Shown here piece by piece: positions 30,001 to 40,167 of a stretch of 64,000 nucleotides of DNA. This DNA comes from Nemertoderma westbladi (lineage: Eukaryota; Animalia; Xenacoelomorpha), in contig JAUCBJ010007720.1 in assembly GCA_032718475.1 (NCBI GenBank), positions 65,514-129,513 on the forward strand. Reading direction: 5' to 3'. The position numbers were made by a program, and so were the translations under genes. A model generated the notes under the pieces. That model worked only from the letters and a program-made list of their open reading frames with translations, was not told where the DNA came from and did not search any database. Position 1 is the stretch's first letter, and each line of letters starts with the position of its first letter.

Positions 30001-33000
30001 AGTACAACATGTATCAATCCAGAGTAGACCTACCTGTAAGTACAACATGTATCAATCCAGAGTAGGCCTACCTGTAAGTACAACATGTATCAATCCAGAG
30101 TAGACCTATCTGTAAGTACAACATGTATCAATCCAGAGTAGGTCTATCTGTAAGTACAACATGTATCAATCCAAAGTAGGCCTACCTGTAAGTACAACAT
30201 GTATCAATCCAGAGTAGACCAACCTGTAAGTACAACATGTATCAATCCAGAGTAGACCTATCTGTAAGTACAACATGTATCAATCCAGAGTAGGTCTATC
30301 TGTAAGTACAACATGTATCAATCCAAAGTAGGCCTACCTGTAAGTACAACATGTATCAATCCAGAGTAGACCAACCTGTAAGTACAAAATGTATCAATAC
30401 AGAGTAGACCTATCTGTAAGTACAACACATATCAATACAGAGTAGGCCTATCTGTAAGTACAACACATATCAATACAGAGTAGGCCAATCTGTAAGTACA
30501 ACATGTATCAATCCAGAGTATATCTACCTGTAACTACAACATGTATCAATCCAGAGTAGGCCTACCTGTAAGTACAACATGTATCAATCCAGAGTAGGCC
30601 TATCTGTAAGTACAACATGTATCAATCCAGAGTAGGCCTACCTGTAAGTACAGCATGTATCAATACAGAGTAGACCTACCTGTAAGTACAACATGTATCA
30701 ATCCAGAGTATATCTACCTGTAACTACAACATGTATCAATCCAGAGTAGGCCTACCTGTAAGTACAACATGTATCAATCCAGAGTAGGCCTATCTGTAAG
30801 TACAACACATATCAATACAGAGTAGGCCAATCTGTAAGTACAACATGTATCAATCCAGAGTATATCTACCTGTAACTACAACATGTATCAATCCAGAGTA
30901 GGCCTACCTGTAAGTACAACATGTATCAATCCAGAGTAGGCCTATCTGTAAGTACAACATGTATCAATCCAGAGTAGGCCTACCTGTAAGTACAGCATGT
31001 ATCAATACAGAGTAGACCTACCTGTAAGTACAACATGTATCAATCCAGAGTATATCTACCTGTAACTACAACATGTATCAATCCAGAGTAGGCCTACCTG
31101 TAAGTACAACATGTATCAATCCAGAGTAGGCCTATCTGTAAGTACAACATGTATCAATCCAGAGTATATCTACCTGTAACTACAACATGTATCAATCCAG
31201 AGTAGGCCTATCTGTAAGTACAACATGTATCAATCCAAAGTAGGCCTACCTGTAAGTACAACATGTATCAATCTAGAGTAGGCCTATCTGTAAGTACAAC
31301 ATGTATCAATACAGAGTAGACCTATCTGTAAGTACAACATGTATCAATCCAGAGTAGACCTATCTGTAAGTACAACATGTATCAATCTAGAGTAGGCCTA
31401 TCTGTAAGTACAACATGTATCAATCTAGAGTAGGCCTATCTGTAAGTACAACATGTATCAATCCAGAGTATATCTACCTGTAAGTACAACATGTATCAAT
31501 CCAGAGTAGACCTATCTGTAAGTACAACATGTATCAATCCAAAGTAGGCCTACCTGTAAGTACAACATGTATCAATCTAGAGTAGGCCTATCTGTAAGTA
31601 CAACATGTATCAATCCAGAGTATATCTACCTGTAAGTACAACATGTATCAATCCAGAGTAGACCTATCTGTAAGTACAACATGTATCAATCCAGAGTATA
31701 TCTACCTGTAAGTACAACATGTATCAATCCAGAGTAGACCTATCTGTAAGTACAACATGTATCAATCCAGAGTAGACCTATCTGTAAGTACAACATGTAT
31801 CAATCCAGAGTAGGCCTATCTGTAAGTACAACATGTATCAATCCAGAGTAGGCCTATCTGTAAGTACAACATGTATCAATCCAGAGTAGGCCTACCTGTA
31901 CGTACAACATGTATCAATACAGAGTAGGCCTATCTGTAAGTACAACATGTATCAATACAGAGTAGACCTATCTGTAAGTACAACATGTATCAATCCAGAG
32001 TAGGCCTATCTGTAAGTACAACATGTATCAATCCAGAGTATATCTACCTGTAAGTACAACATGTATCAATCCAGAGTAGACCTATCTGTAAGTACAACAT
32101 GTATCAATCCAGAGTAGACCTATCTGTAAGTACAACATGTATCAATCCAGAGTAGGCCTATCTGTAAGTACAACATGTATCAATCCAAAGTAGGCCTACC
32201 TGTAAGTACAACATGTATCAATCTAGAGTAGGCCTATCTGTAAGTACAACATGTATCAATCCAGAGTATATCTACCTGTAAGTACAACATGTATCAATAT
32301 AGAGTAGGCCTATCTGTAAGTACAACATGTATCAATCCAGAGTATATCTACCTGTAAGTACAACATGTATCAATATAGAGTAGGCCTACCTGTAAGTACA
32401 GCATGTATCAATCCAGAGTAGACCTATCTGTAAGTACAACATGTATCAATCCAGAGTAGACCTACCTGTAAGTAATACATGTATCAATACAGAGTAGGCC
32501 TATCTGTAAGTACAACATGTATCAATCCAGAGTAGGCCTACCTGTAAGTACAGCATGTATCAATCCAGAGTAGGCCTACCTGTAAGTACAACATGTATCA
32601 ATACAGAGTAGACCTATCTGTAAGTACAACATGTATCAATCCAGAGTAGACCTATCTGTAAGTACAACATGTATCAATCCAGAGTAGGCCTATCTGTAAG
32701 TACAACATGTATCAATACAGAGTATACCTACCTGTAAGTACAACATGTATCAATACAGAGTATATCTACCTGTAAGTACAACATGTATCAATCCAGAGTA
32801 TATCTACCTGTAAGTACAACATGTATCAATCCAGAGTATATCTACCTGTAAGTACAACATGTATCAATCCAGAGTATATCTACCTGTAAGTACAACATGT
32901 ATCAATCCAGAGTAGGCCTACCTGTAAGTACAACATGTATCAATCCAGAGTATATCTACCTGTAAGTACAACATGTATCAATCCAGAGTATATCTACCTG

Positions 33001-34761
33001 TAAGTACAACATTTATCAATCCAGAGTAGGCCTACCTGTAAGTACAACATGTATCAATCCAGAGTAGACCTACCTGTAAGTACAACATGTATCAATCCAG
33101 AGTAGGCCTATCTGTAAGTACAACATGTATCAATCCAGAGTATATCTACCTGTAAGTACAACATGTATCAATCCAGAGTAGACCTATCTGTAAGTACAAC
33201 ATGTATCAATCCAGAGTAGGCCTATCTGTAAGTACAACATGTATCAATCCAGAGTATATCTACCTGTAAGTACAACATGTATCAATCCAGAGTAGACCTA
33301 TCTGTAAGTACAACATGTATCAATCCAGAGTAGACCTATCTGTAAGTACAACATGTATCAATCCAGAGTAGGCCTATCTGTAAGTACAACATGTATCAAT
33401 CCAAAGTAGGCCTACCTGTAAGTACAACATGTATCAATCTAGAGTAGGCCTATCTGTAAGTACAACATGTATCAATCCAGAGTATATCTACCTGTAAGTA
33501 CAACATGTATCAATATAGAGTAGGCCTACCTGTAAGTACAACATGTATCAATACAGAGTAGGCCTACCTGTAAGTACAGCATGTATCAATCCAGAGTAGA
33601 CCTATCTGTAAGTACAACATGTATCAATCCAGAGTAGACCTACCTGTAAGTAATACATGTATCAATACAGAGTAGGCCTATCTGTAAGTACAACATGTAT
33701 CAATCCAGAGTAGGCCTACCTGTAAGTACAGCATGTATCAATCCAGAGTAGGCCTATCTGTAAGTACAACATGTATCAATCCAGAGTAGACCTACCTGTA
33801 AGTAATACATGTATCAATACAGAGTAGGCCTATCTGTAAGTACAACATGTATCAATCCAGAGTAGGCCTACCTGTAAGTACAGCATGTATCAATCCAGAG
33901 TAGGCCTACCTGTAAGTACAGCATGTATCAATCCAGAGTAGGCCTATCTGTAAGTACAGCATGTATCAATCCAGAGTAGGCCTACCTGTAAGTACAGCAT
34001 GTATCAATCCAGAGTAGACCTATCTGTAAGTACAACATGTATCAATCCACAGTAGGCCTACCTGTAAGTACAACATGTATCAATCCACAGTAGGCCTACC
34101 TGTAAGTACAGCATGTATCAATCCAGAGTAGACCTACCTGTAAGTAATACATGTATCAATACAGAGTAGGCCTATCTGTAAGTACAACATGTATCAATCC
34201 AGAGTAGGCCTACCTGTAAGTACAGCATGTATCAATCCAGAGTAGGCCTACCTGTAAGTACAGCATGTAGCAATCCAGAGTAGGTCTATCTGTAAGTAAA
34301 GCATGTATCAATCCAGAGTAGGCCTATCTGTAAGTACAACATGTATCAATCCAGAGTAGACCTACCTGTAAGTAATACATGTATCAATACAGAGTAGGCC
34401 TATCTGTAAGTACAACATGTATCAATCCAGAGTAGGCCTATCTGTAAGTACAACATGTATCAATCCACAGTAGGCCTACCTGTAAGTACAGCATGTATCA
34501 ATCCAGAGTAGACCTACCTGTAAGTAATACATGTATCAATCCAGAGTAGACTTATCTGTAAGTACAACATGTATCAATACAGAGTAGGCCTACCTGTAAG
34601 TACAACATGTATCAATACAGAGTAGACCTACCTGTAAGTACAGCATGTATCAATCCAGAGTAGACCTATCTGTAAGTACAACATGTATCAATCCAGAGTA
34701 GACCTACCTGTACGTACAACATGTATCAATCCAGAGTAGGCCTACTTGTAAATACAACATG
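1..34761. repeat. 38-bp tandem satellite array (~915 copies; runs off the left edge)
   Basis: The unit GAGTAGGCCTATCTGTAAGTACAACATGTATCAATCCA recurs every 38 bp (positions 1, 39, 77...). Substitutions recur at a few sites (GGCC/GACC/GGTC/TATC, TATC/TACC, AAGT/ACGT/AACT, CATG/CACA). The ORF track lists no ORF lying within the array. The array ends at ...ACAACATG, directly before TGTTGCC. Confidence 0.99.
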
Positions 34762-36170
34762 TGTTGCCGTTATTCCCGACACCATGGGGAAAACGCCGAT
34801 GCTGGAGGCGGAATTTTCAGACCACAGGATTCCGGCCAGTCACCGGATATTGGGAGTGGAGAAGGAGTCCTATCTGAGATGCAAGATTGCAGTAGAGAAA
34901 AAGTTGCATTGGTTGGAAATAATCTTTAATGTAACTAAACTCTGAATGAATCCTGATTGAGAATAATTTGGGCTTCCCCACACCAATATACCAAATATTC
35001 ACAATAATACACGAACATATAAATTCCTACAGTACATTAATTAATTATCCACTGTTCGCTTTAGATTTTAACCTAACTAATGTTCCCCATTTTCCCTCGG
35101 TCCTAGTCCCGGTACCGTAGTGTCGGCGTCGGTCGACCCTGTTGCGTGTCCGTCCCACCCCTCCCGAACCCCGAAGGGATCGGTCATCAGGAAAGCAGTA
35201 CGGCTTGGCTAAGGGTCAGTCAAGTCGGTAGACCCGGTTGCGTGTCCGTCCCACCCTTCCCGAACCCTGAAGGGATCGGTCATCAGGAAAGCGGTACGGC
35301 TTGGCTAGGGGTCTGTCGGTTCATCGCAGGGTCCCAATTACCTAAGCTTTCCGAATCCTTTTCAGGCTCGTAGTCGCTTCGGTAGCCGAGAAGCTGCTCC
35401 GAATAGTCGGTAGGCCAGTAGAGTCTGGTCTTTTGTCTTTCGCCCTGTTGCGTGTCCGTCCCACCCTTCCCGAACCTTGAAGGGATCGGTCATCAGGAAA
35501 GCGGTACGGCTTGGCTCGGGGTCTGTCAGCCCATTGTGAGTCCCAACTGTCGGTAGCTTTCTGAGTCCCTTTCAGGCTCGTAGTAACGCCGGTCGTGGAA
35601 CCCACTCCAGGAAGGCAGTCCTCGTCAAACCCTTCCTCCGTCTAGTCGGTCGATCCGTCGCAAGTCCCCGGTGCAGTCAGCAAGCTTTCCGAGTCCCTTT
35701 CAGGCTCGTAATAACTGCCGGTGACCAGGGACCGCTAAGGATCTGTCTGTCAGTTCCCGTTGCAAATCCCTGACGCAATCAGCAGACTTTCCGAGTCCCT
35801 TTTAGGCTCGTAATAACTGCTGTTGGCCAGGAACCGTTAAGGGCAGTCCTTGTCCCTAGGCCTAGTTCCAAAACTACCTCTCCTGGTTACTAAAACTACC
35901 TCTACAGGCAGTAGGAAGTTGGCTAGGCCTAATAGTATCAGGTAAACCTGAGTACTGCTTGATTTTGCCTCCCACCCTTGGCCCTTAAATATCTGATATG
36001 AGTCCCGTGCCCCGTAAGTCGCCCCAATATTCGCCCGTGAATCGCCCCCAGTCCTTTGAATATACCCAAATTCCATGTTCCCGCACCCAGTACTGATATT
36101 GGAATATTTATTAAAAATAAATCCGAAAAATATTCAACTCGCGTTATGAAAAGTTGAAATACCACGAACA
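34762..36170 (-). repeat. Putative 3' LTR of element 1 (~1.4 kb)
   Basis: It has TGTT...AACA termini. On the minus strand it is preceded by CATTGGGGGGGAC, like the CATGGGGGGGAG before the 3' LTR of element 2. There is a minus-strand ATTAAA at ~34925-34930. No second LTR copy is present to confirm the ends. Confidence 0.7.
35137..35530 (-). repeat. Three copies of a ~90-97-bp GC-rich repeat inside the element-1 LTR
   Basis: GTTGCGTGTCCGTCCCACC...GAAGGGATCGGTCATCAGGAAAGC.GTACGGCTTGGCT starts at ~35141, ~35237 and ~35447. Confidence 0.9.
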
Positions 36171-36183
36171 GTCCCCCCCAATG
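36171..36183 (-). promoter_or_regulatory. Polypurine tract of element 1
   Basis: Minus-strand G7 run (TGGGGGGGAC) immediately before the TGTT start of the putative LTR. Confidence 0.7.
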
Positions 36184-36339
36184 ACCTTCGTGAGGTCCAT
36201 CGGTAGATCGAGTTTGCGTAGGTCATTTCCCATATAAAAAACCCAAATTTTAATATTGCATAGTCCTGATTAAGAGTTAGTTTACGTAGATATAAAAAAT
36301 AACTGTTTGATATAAATGTCCATAGAATATCCTGGTCTT

Positions 36340-37005
36340 CTATTTCTTACTCTGATACGCTTTCATTCTCTTCGCCCGTCTACTCTCATCAATCGCCAGT
36401 GCAGGTAGGGGAGCATCATCGTCCATCGCGAGCATCGCTGCAGCTTGTCTCCTGGCGGCCCTTCCTTTAGATGGTAGCGGGATCATGTCCATCCATCTCT
36501 CCAACTCGGTGATGCGGGCCTCTAGAAACCATTCTCCATCACCAAATGCTTCTTTGTATGAGTATAAGCGTCTGAGGATCTCGAAGGGAGCAAATAATCC
36601 AGCGCTCAATAGTAAATCCACATAATGGAAAGGTAGTGTCGCTGCCGTATGGAGGCGTTCTGGGAATGAGAAGTATCCGCACGCCATCTCTTGCGCGACA
36701 TTTCGAGCGCTTCTACGCACTTTGGTCTTTACGTGGTTATTAGCATATGTTTCAAACATTACCATATTTCCCATAGTTGTCGCGTCCTTAGTAGGACACT
36801 TTATGTTACATCGGGGACTCGCGGAATGTCCACGGAAACCGCATTTTGTGCAGAGGTTGTAGAGGGTTGGACAAACCAATACATCGTGGCCCGATATAGC
36901 GCAATAGGGACAGTAAAGGATCTGGAGACACGACTCGGTAACCCGATGTCTCCTTCCGCGTGGGCACTGTTCCGAACCGCAGTTTCCGCACACCTTCAGT
37001 TGCAT
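36340..37005 (-). CDS. Zinc-knuckle (CCHC) protein fragment, probably the C-terminal part of the accessory gene
   Basis: Contains CPYCAISGHDVLVC (CX2CX4HX4C), CTKCGFRGHSASPRC and an upstream CGNC...H...C cluster, plus a basic C-terminal tail. It lies on the element's sense strand just before the PPT. Confidence 0.65.
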   Translation of the reverse strand: MQLKVCGNCGSEQCPRGRRHRVTESCLQILYCPYCAISGHDVLVCPTLYNLCTKCGFRGHSASPRCNIKCPTKDATTMGNMVMFETYANNHVKTKVRRSARNVAQEMACGYFSFPERLHTAATLPFHYVDLLLSAGLFAPFEILRRLYSYKEAFGDGEWFLEARITELERWMDMIPLPSKGRAARRQAAAMLAMDDDAPLPALAIDESRRAKRMKAYQSKK

Positions 37006-37701
37006 CTCCCAGCCTAAGAATATCGGGATCGGTACGCCGGCATAATACTCCAGCCGTTGGTCATTTTGGGGATAATCGCAGCAGCCAGTAGCCCGTGGAA
37101 TGCTGGGCTTTTGCGGAGTATGTTCTCGCTACAATATCCTTCCTTATATCCCGCCGGTTGCATCCCGGGCGCCCGTTTCTGGTGGTGGATCTACTCGGTT
37201 TGTTCGGCGTACCACCGGGTGAGTCTCATAGGGTCTTGTGGGACGGAGGGTGCCGTCGCCACAGCCAGTCGGCGAAGGGGTGCCGGGGCGTTCGCCGGAG
37301 GAATTCCGAGGAGGTCTACGGGGGTTGGAGCAACGCTGGGACCCTTCGCAACCTGTATAGCTGAGCGGGTCCGCTAGGGTGCTGGTACTCGGGATCTCTG
37401 AAGACCAGTCTTCTCCTCCCGGGAACGGATATGGAAACAACCTCTGTCATGTGTCGCTGAAGTCGCTAAGCGCAAAGGTGGTTACTAGCTCTCTAGCAGG
37501 ACTGCCGGAGCCAAGCGGGGTGGTTACGCCTGCCTCCGTTGCAGGTTCGGAAGCGGCGATCCGTTTGGCAGGTGGTCTGTAAGCAACTTCCGGATCGAGT
37601 TGTCGTTTTGGGGCGGATAGCAGGACACCTTCCTGTAGCCATAATTCCTCCCTGTCCGATGATATCAATGGTTCCTCTTCACCGAGGAGATCAACAATCA
37701 T
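37006..37701 (-). pseudogene. Disrupted Pro/Ser-rich linker of the accessory gene
   Basis: ORFs 37447..37701, 37144..37440 and 36340..37005 are in one frame, separated by stop codons. The region contains an NLS-like PPAKR. Confidence 0.5.
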
Positions 37702-38936
37702 AGGGATGTCGAACGGTCTGTTATCATCCCAGGATGCGATGACGTTGTGAGTTTCCCGTAGTTATCTCCCGGCGGGATATTCTCTACCGCTTTCAACGCG
37801 TGGTCGATAACTTCGTTCCACTCATAGTCGATGAAGGATCTAGGAACCGAATTAATGAGTTTATCGAGAGTCTTGAAGATGAACTTGGCAACCGTGTATG
37901 ATTCCATTGTGACGTGGATAAAGTTCCGTCGATCCGGATTCTCCCATTTTTGGTGGATCGTCCACTTTCTTTCTACATCCTTCCAACGGTTCTCTCGCTC
38001 ATTCTTTATCTCTAATTCCGGGTGTGCACCATATATCTTGTTATAGTCTAGAAATTTCTGTGGTTTAAAGTCTATACCGCCGTTTAGCACCGCGAGGTAG
38101 CCGATACCGGATTTCGTAGGTCTCACTTCCCGGAATCCGTGCATGAATTCTGTGGATCGCAACCAGGCTAACAGGGTTTGGGTGTCGACGAAATGACTAA
38201 CGGCGTTAAGGTCTTCTCGACGGTTTCTTCCGAAGGGAGCATTAGCGTAGTCATTTTGGATATCCGCCTTTATATCCGACCCAATTTTAATAACATCGAA
38301 ATCGAATAGGATCTGTTGGATCTCTGGTGGTAATAGCCAGACCGCTCTGGCTGTTCGCACCTCCTGTTTGGGTGTCGGGAATATTCGACATATCAACACT
38401 AGACCATCTAGGGTTCCGAGGACGACGACTAATGATCGACCGTATTCCTTCATCCCATACTTCTCCTGGTAGTTGTCGCGGTTCTGGATGACTGATATAC
38501 GTTCCTCTCGCAGCGTCGCTGTACATTCCGCTAGATTTCCCCAGTGGGCGAGGTATGTACTCATGTTGTCGACGAAACTTTGGCATCGCGCCAACGTAAT
38601 CGCTTTTGAGGTGGGCGTCGCGTTTCCCTCGTTGTTGTATATCAAACATCGGGATTTGAAGACGCTTCGCCAGAACGTATCCCAGAACGACAACTCCTCT
38701 CCTCCGGTTGCCTTTGCATTCCGAGTCCTTTTCAGGCTCGTACTGACATCGGACAACCGGAGCTCTCGTAGATTACAGGAATCCGGTTCCTCCCGCCCGG
38801 AGAATTTAATGATTCGCACGTTCTCTGTTATCAGGGCGTTCCATTTCGTATTAAAGTGAGGAGATCCAGGCTGTGGATATTCCAGTAAATCAAGAGTGTT
38901 ACGTAATTCGCCGAGAATTTGGCGATTTGAGTCCAT
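37698..38936 (-). CDS. DEDDy 3'-5' exonuclease-like protein (WRN-exo/EXD/Mut-7/Egl fold), probably a pseudo-nuclease
   Basis: 412-aa ORF with LPPEIQQILFDFDVIKIGSDIKAD, FVDTQ, SGIGYLA...GIDF and WENP...HVTME. These match by eye the family pattern LP..L..LL.D..I.KVG..I..D / fvD / gL..La / W..PL...YAAxD. Confidence 0.6.
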   Translation of the reverse strand: MDSNRQILGELRNTLDLLEYPQPGSPHFNTKWNALITENVRIIKFSGREEPDSCNLRELRLSDVSTSLKRTRNAKATGGEELSFWDTFWRSVFKSRCLIYNNEGNATPTSKAITLARCQSFVDNMSTYLAHWGNLAECTATLREERISVIQNRDNYQEKYGMKEYGRSLVVVLGTLDGLVLICRIFPTPKQEVRTARAVWLLPPEIQQILFDFDVIKIGSDIKADIQNDYANAPFGRNRREDLNAVSHFVDTQTLLAWLRSTEFMHGFREVRPTKSGIGYLAVLNGGIDFKPQKFLDYNKIYGAHPELEIKNERENRWKDVERKWTIHQKWENPDRRNFIHVTMESYTVAKFIFKTLDKLINSVPRSFIDYEWNEVIDHALKAVENIPPGDNYGKLTTSSHPGMITDRSTSL

Positions 38937-39469
38937 ATTTTAAATTATATCCATTGCAAATTTAAATCAGTTAGTTATAAATCCAGAAAGTCTGATTCTA
39001 TAGCGACTGCAGAATAATTCAGTTATTTGTAATTCAGTTTATTATTATTGCTAGGTAGGCATCTACCATCTTATTGCTACAACATTCAGTATTTACAGTT
39101 ACTATAGCTATACATTATTATCCAACCAGTTTTTTGACTTTTTATGTCCTCTTCTTTTTCCAATTCTTTTCTTTTCTACATTTTATACATTTTTTTGTCT
39201 TTTTTCATTTCTCATCTATTATTCATTTCACATTTCATTATTTCATCACATTTAATGATTTATTTCCATATTTCATCATTTATTTCCACATTTCATTGGG
39301 GTTATAGCCCCCTGGCTATCATCATTTGATATAAGCGCAGCACCAGGGTGCGCATCATTACATTTTCATCATCATACGCGTCATCATTCAGTTTATAGTA
39401 GGGTTGTCTGTTTCTTTTCATCATTTCCAACTACATTCAACCATCTTCTTTGGGAAATTTTCGTAGTGG

Positions 39470-39900
39470 AAGGGGTGGTGTTATGCGGAAATCTGGGATC
39501 TACAGCTGGGCTAGTTACACCGCCTACGCCCCAAACTGCACACGTAACGGACAATGAAGACGCTGGAAGTGAAGTCACGTGGAATGCACCAGGGACCCAC
39601 CAGAATAACACTACCAACAACATAAAGCTCAGCCGACGAAGTCATGTGGGATGGGGTTATGCAACATTCTGGGATCTACAGCTGGACTAGTTACACTGCC
39701 TACGCCCCAAAATCCACGCAACGGTCCCACCAGAATAACGCGGCTGAGAAACATAAAACCTCTATCGACGAAGTCATGTGGATGCACCATGGACCCACCA
39801 GAATAATGGGATAGAGGGGGTGTTGCGCGGCAATTCGGGATCTACAGCTGGACTAGTTACACCACCTACGCCCCGAACTGCGCACGCAACGGACAACACA
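39470..39900. repeat. Three diverged ~170-bp repeats between pol and the accessory ORF
   Basis: GGGATCTACAGCTGG.CTAGTTACAC..CCTACGCCCC occurs at ~39496, ~39671 and ~39837. GAAGTCA.GTGG and CCCACCAGAATAA sub-blocks are also repeated. Confidence 0.85.
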
Positions 39901-40167
39901 ATATAACACAATGGATACAATGAATTCCACTTCGAATCTTTACCATTTCCAATAATCCAATATTGTTGGTCCTGATGACCAAAATCAGGGTTAACAATAC
40001 ATAAACTTCCCTGCGTCAGTCGAAACATCTGCAGGGTGACGCTGGACTCCACATAACACACGAGGAAACACAAATACCATTGCGTGGCTACAGTTGGTTT
40101 AAGGGGGGTCCATTATTCATTGTCGGTAAATCACATTTAAAGAGTTTGTCAACAGGATGAGAAGGGT

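Noticed and set aside
1-34761. CRISPR array (38-bp repeat length)
   Set aside because: The monomers are head-to-tail with no unique spacers, there are no cas genes, and the context is eukaryotic TEs.
36340-38936. env gene
   Set aside because: It is in the env position, but has no signal peptide, transmembrane anchor or fusion-protein features.
39074-39329. Phe/Ile/His-rich membrane-like ORFs
   Set aside because: They are translations of a T-rich low-complexity tract.
39972-40030. Plus-strand hammerhead ribozyme (CTGATGA ... CGAAAC)
   Set aside because: I could not build a convincing stem II or stems I/III.
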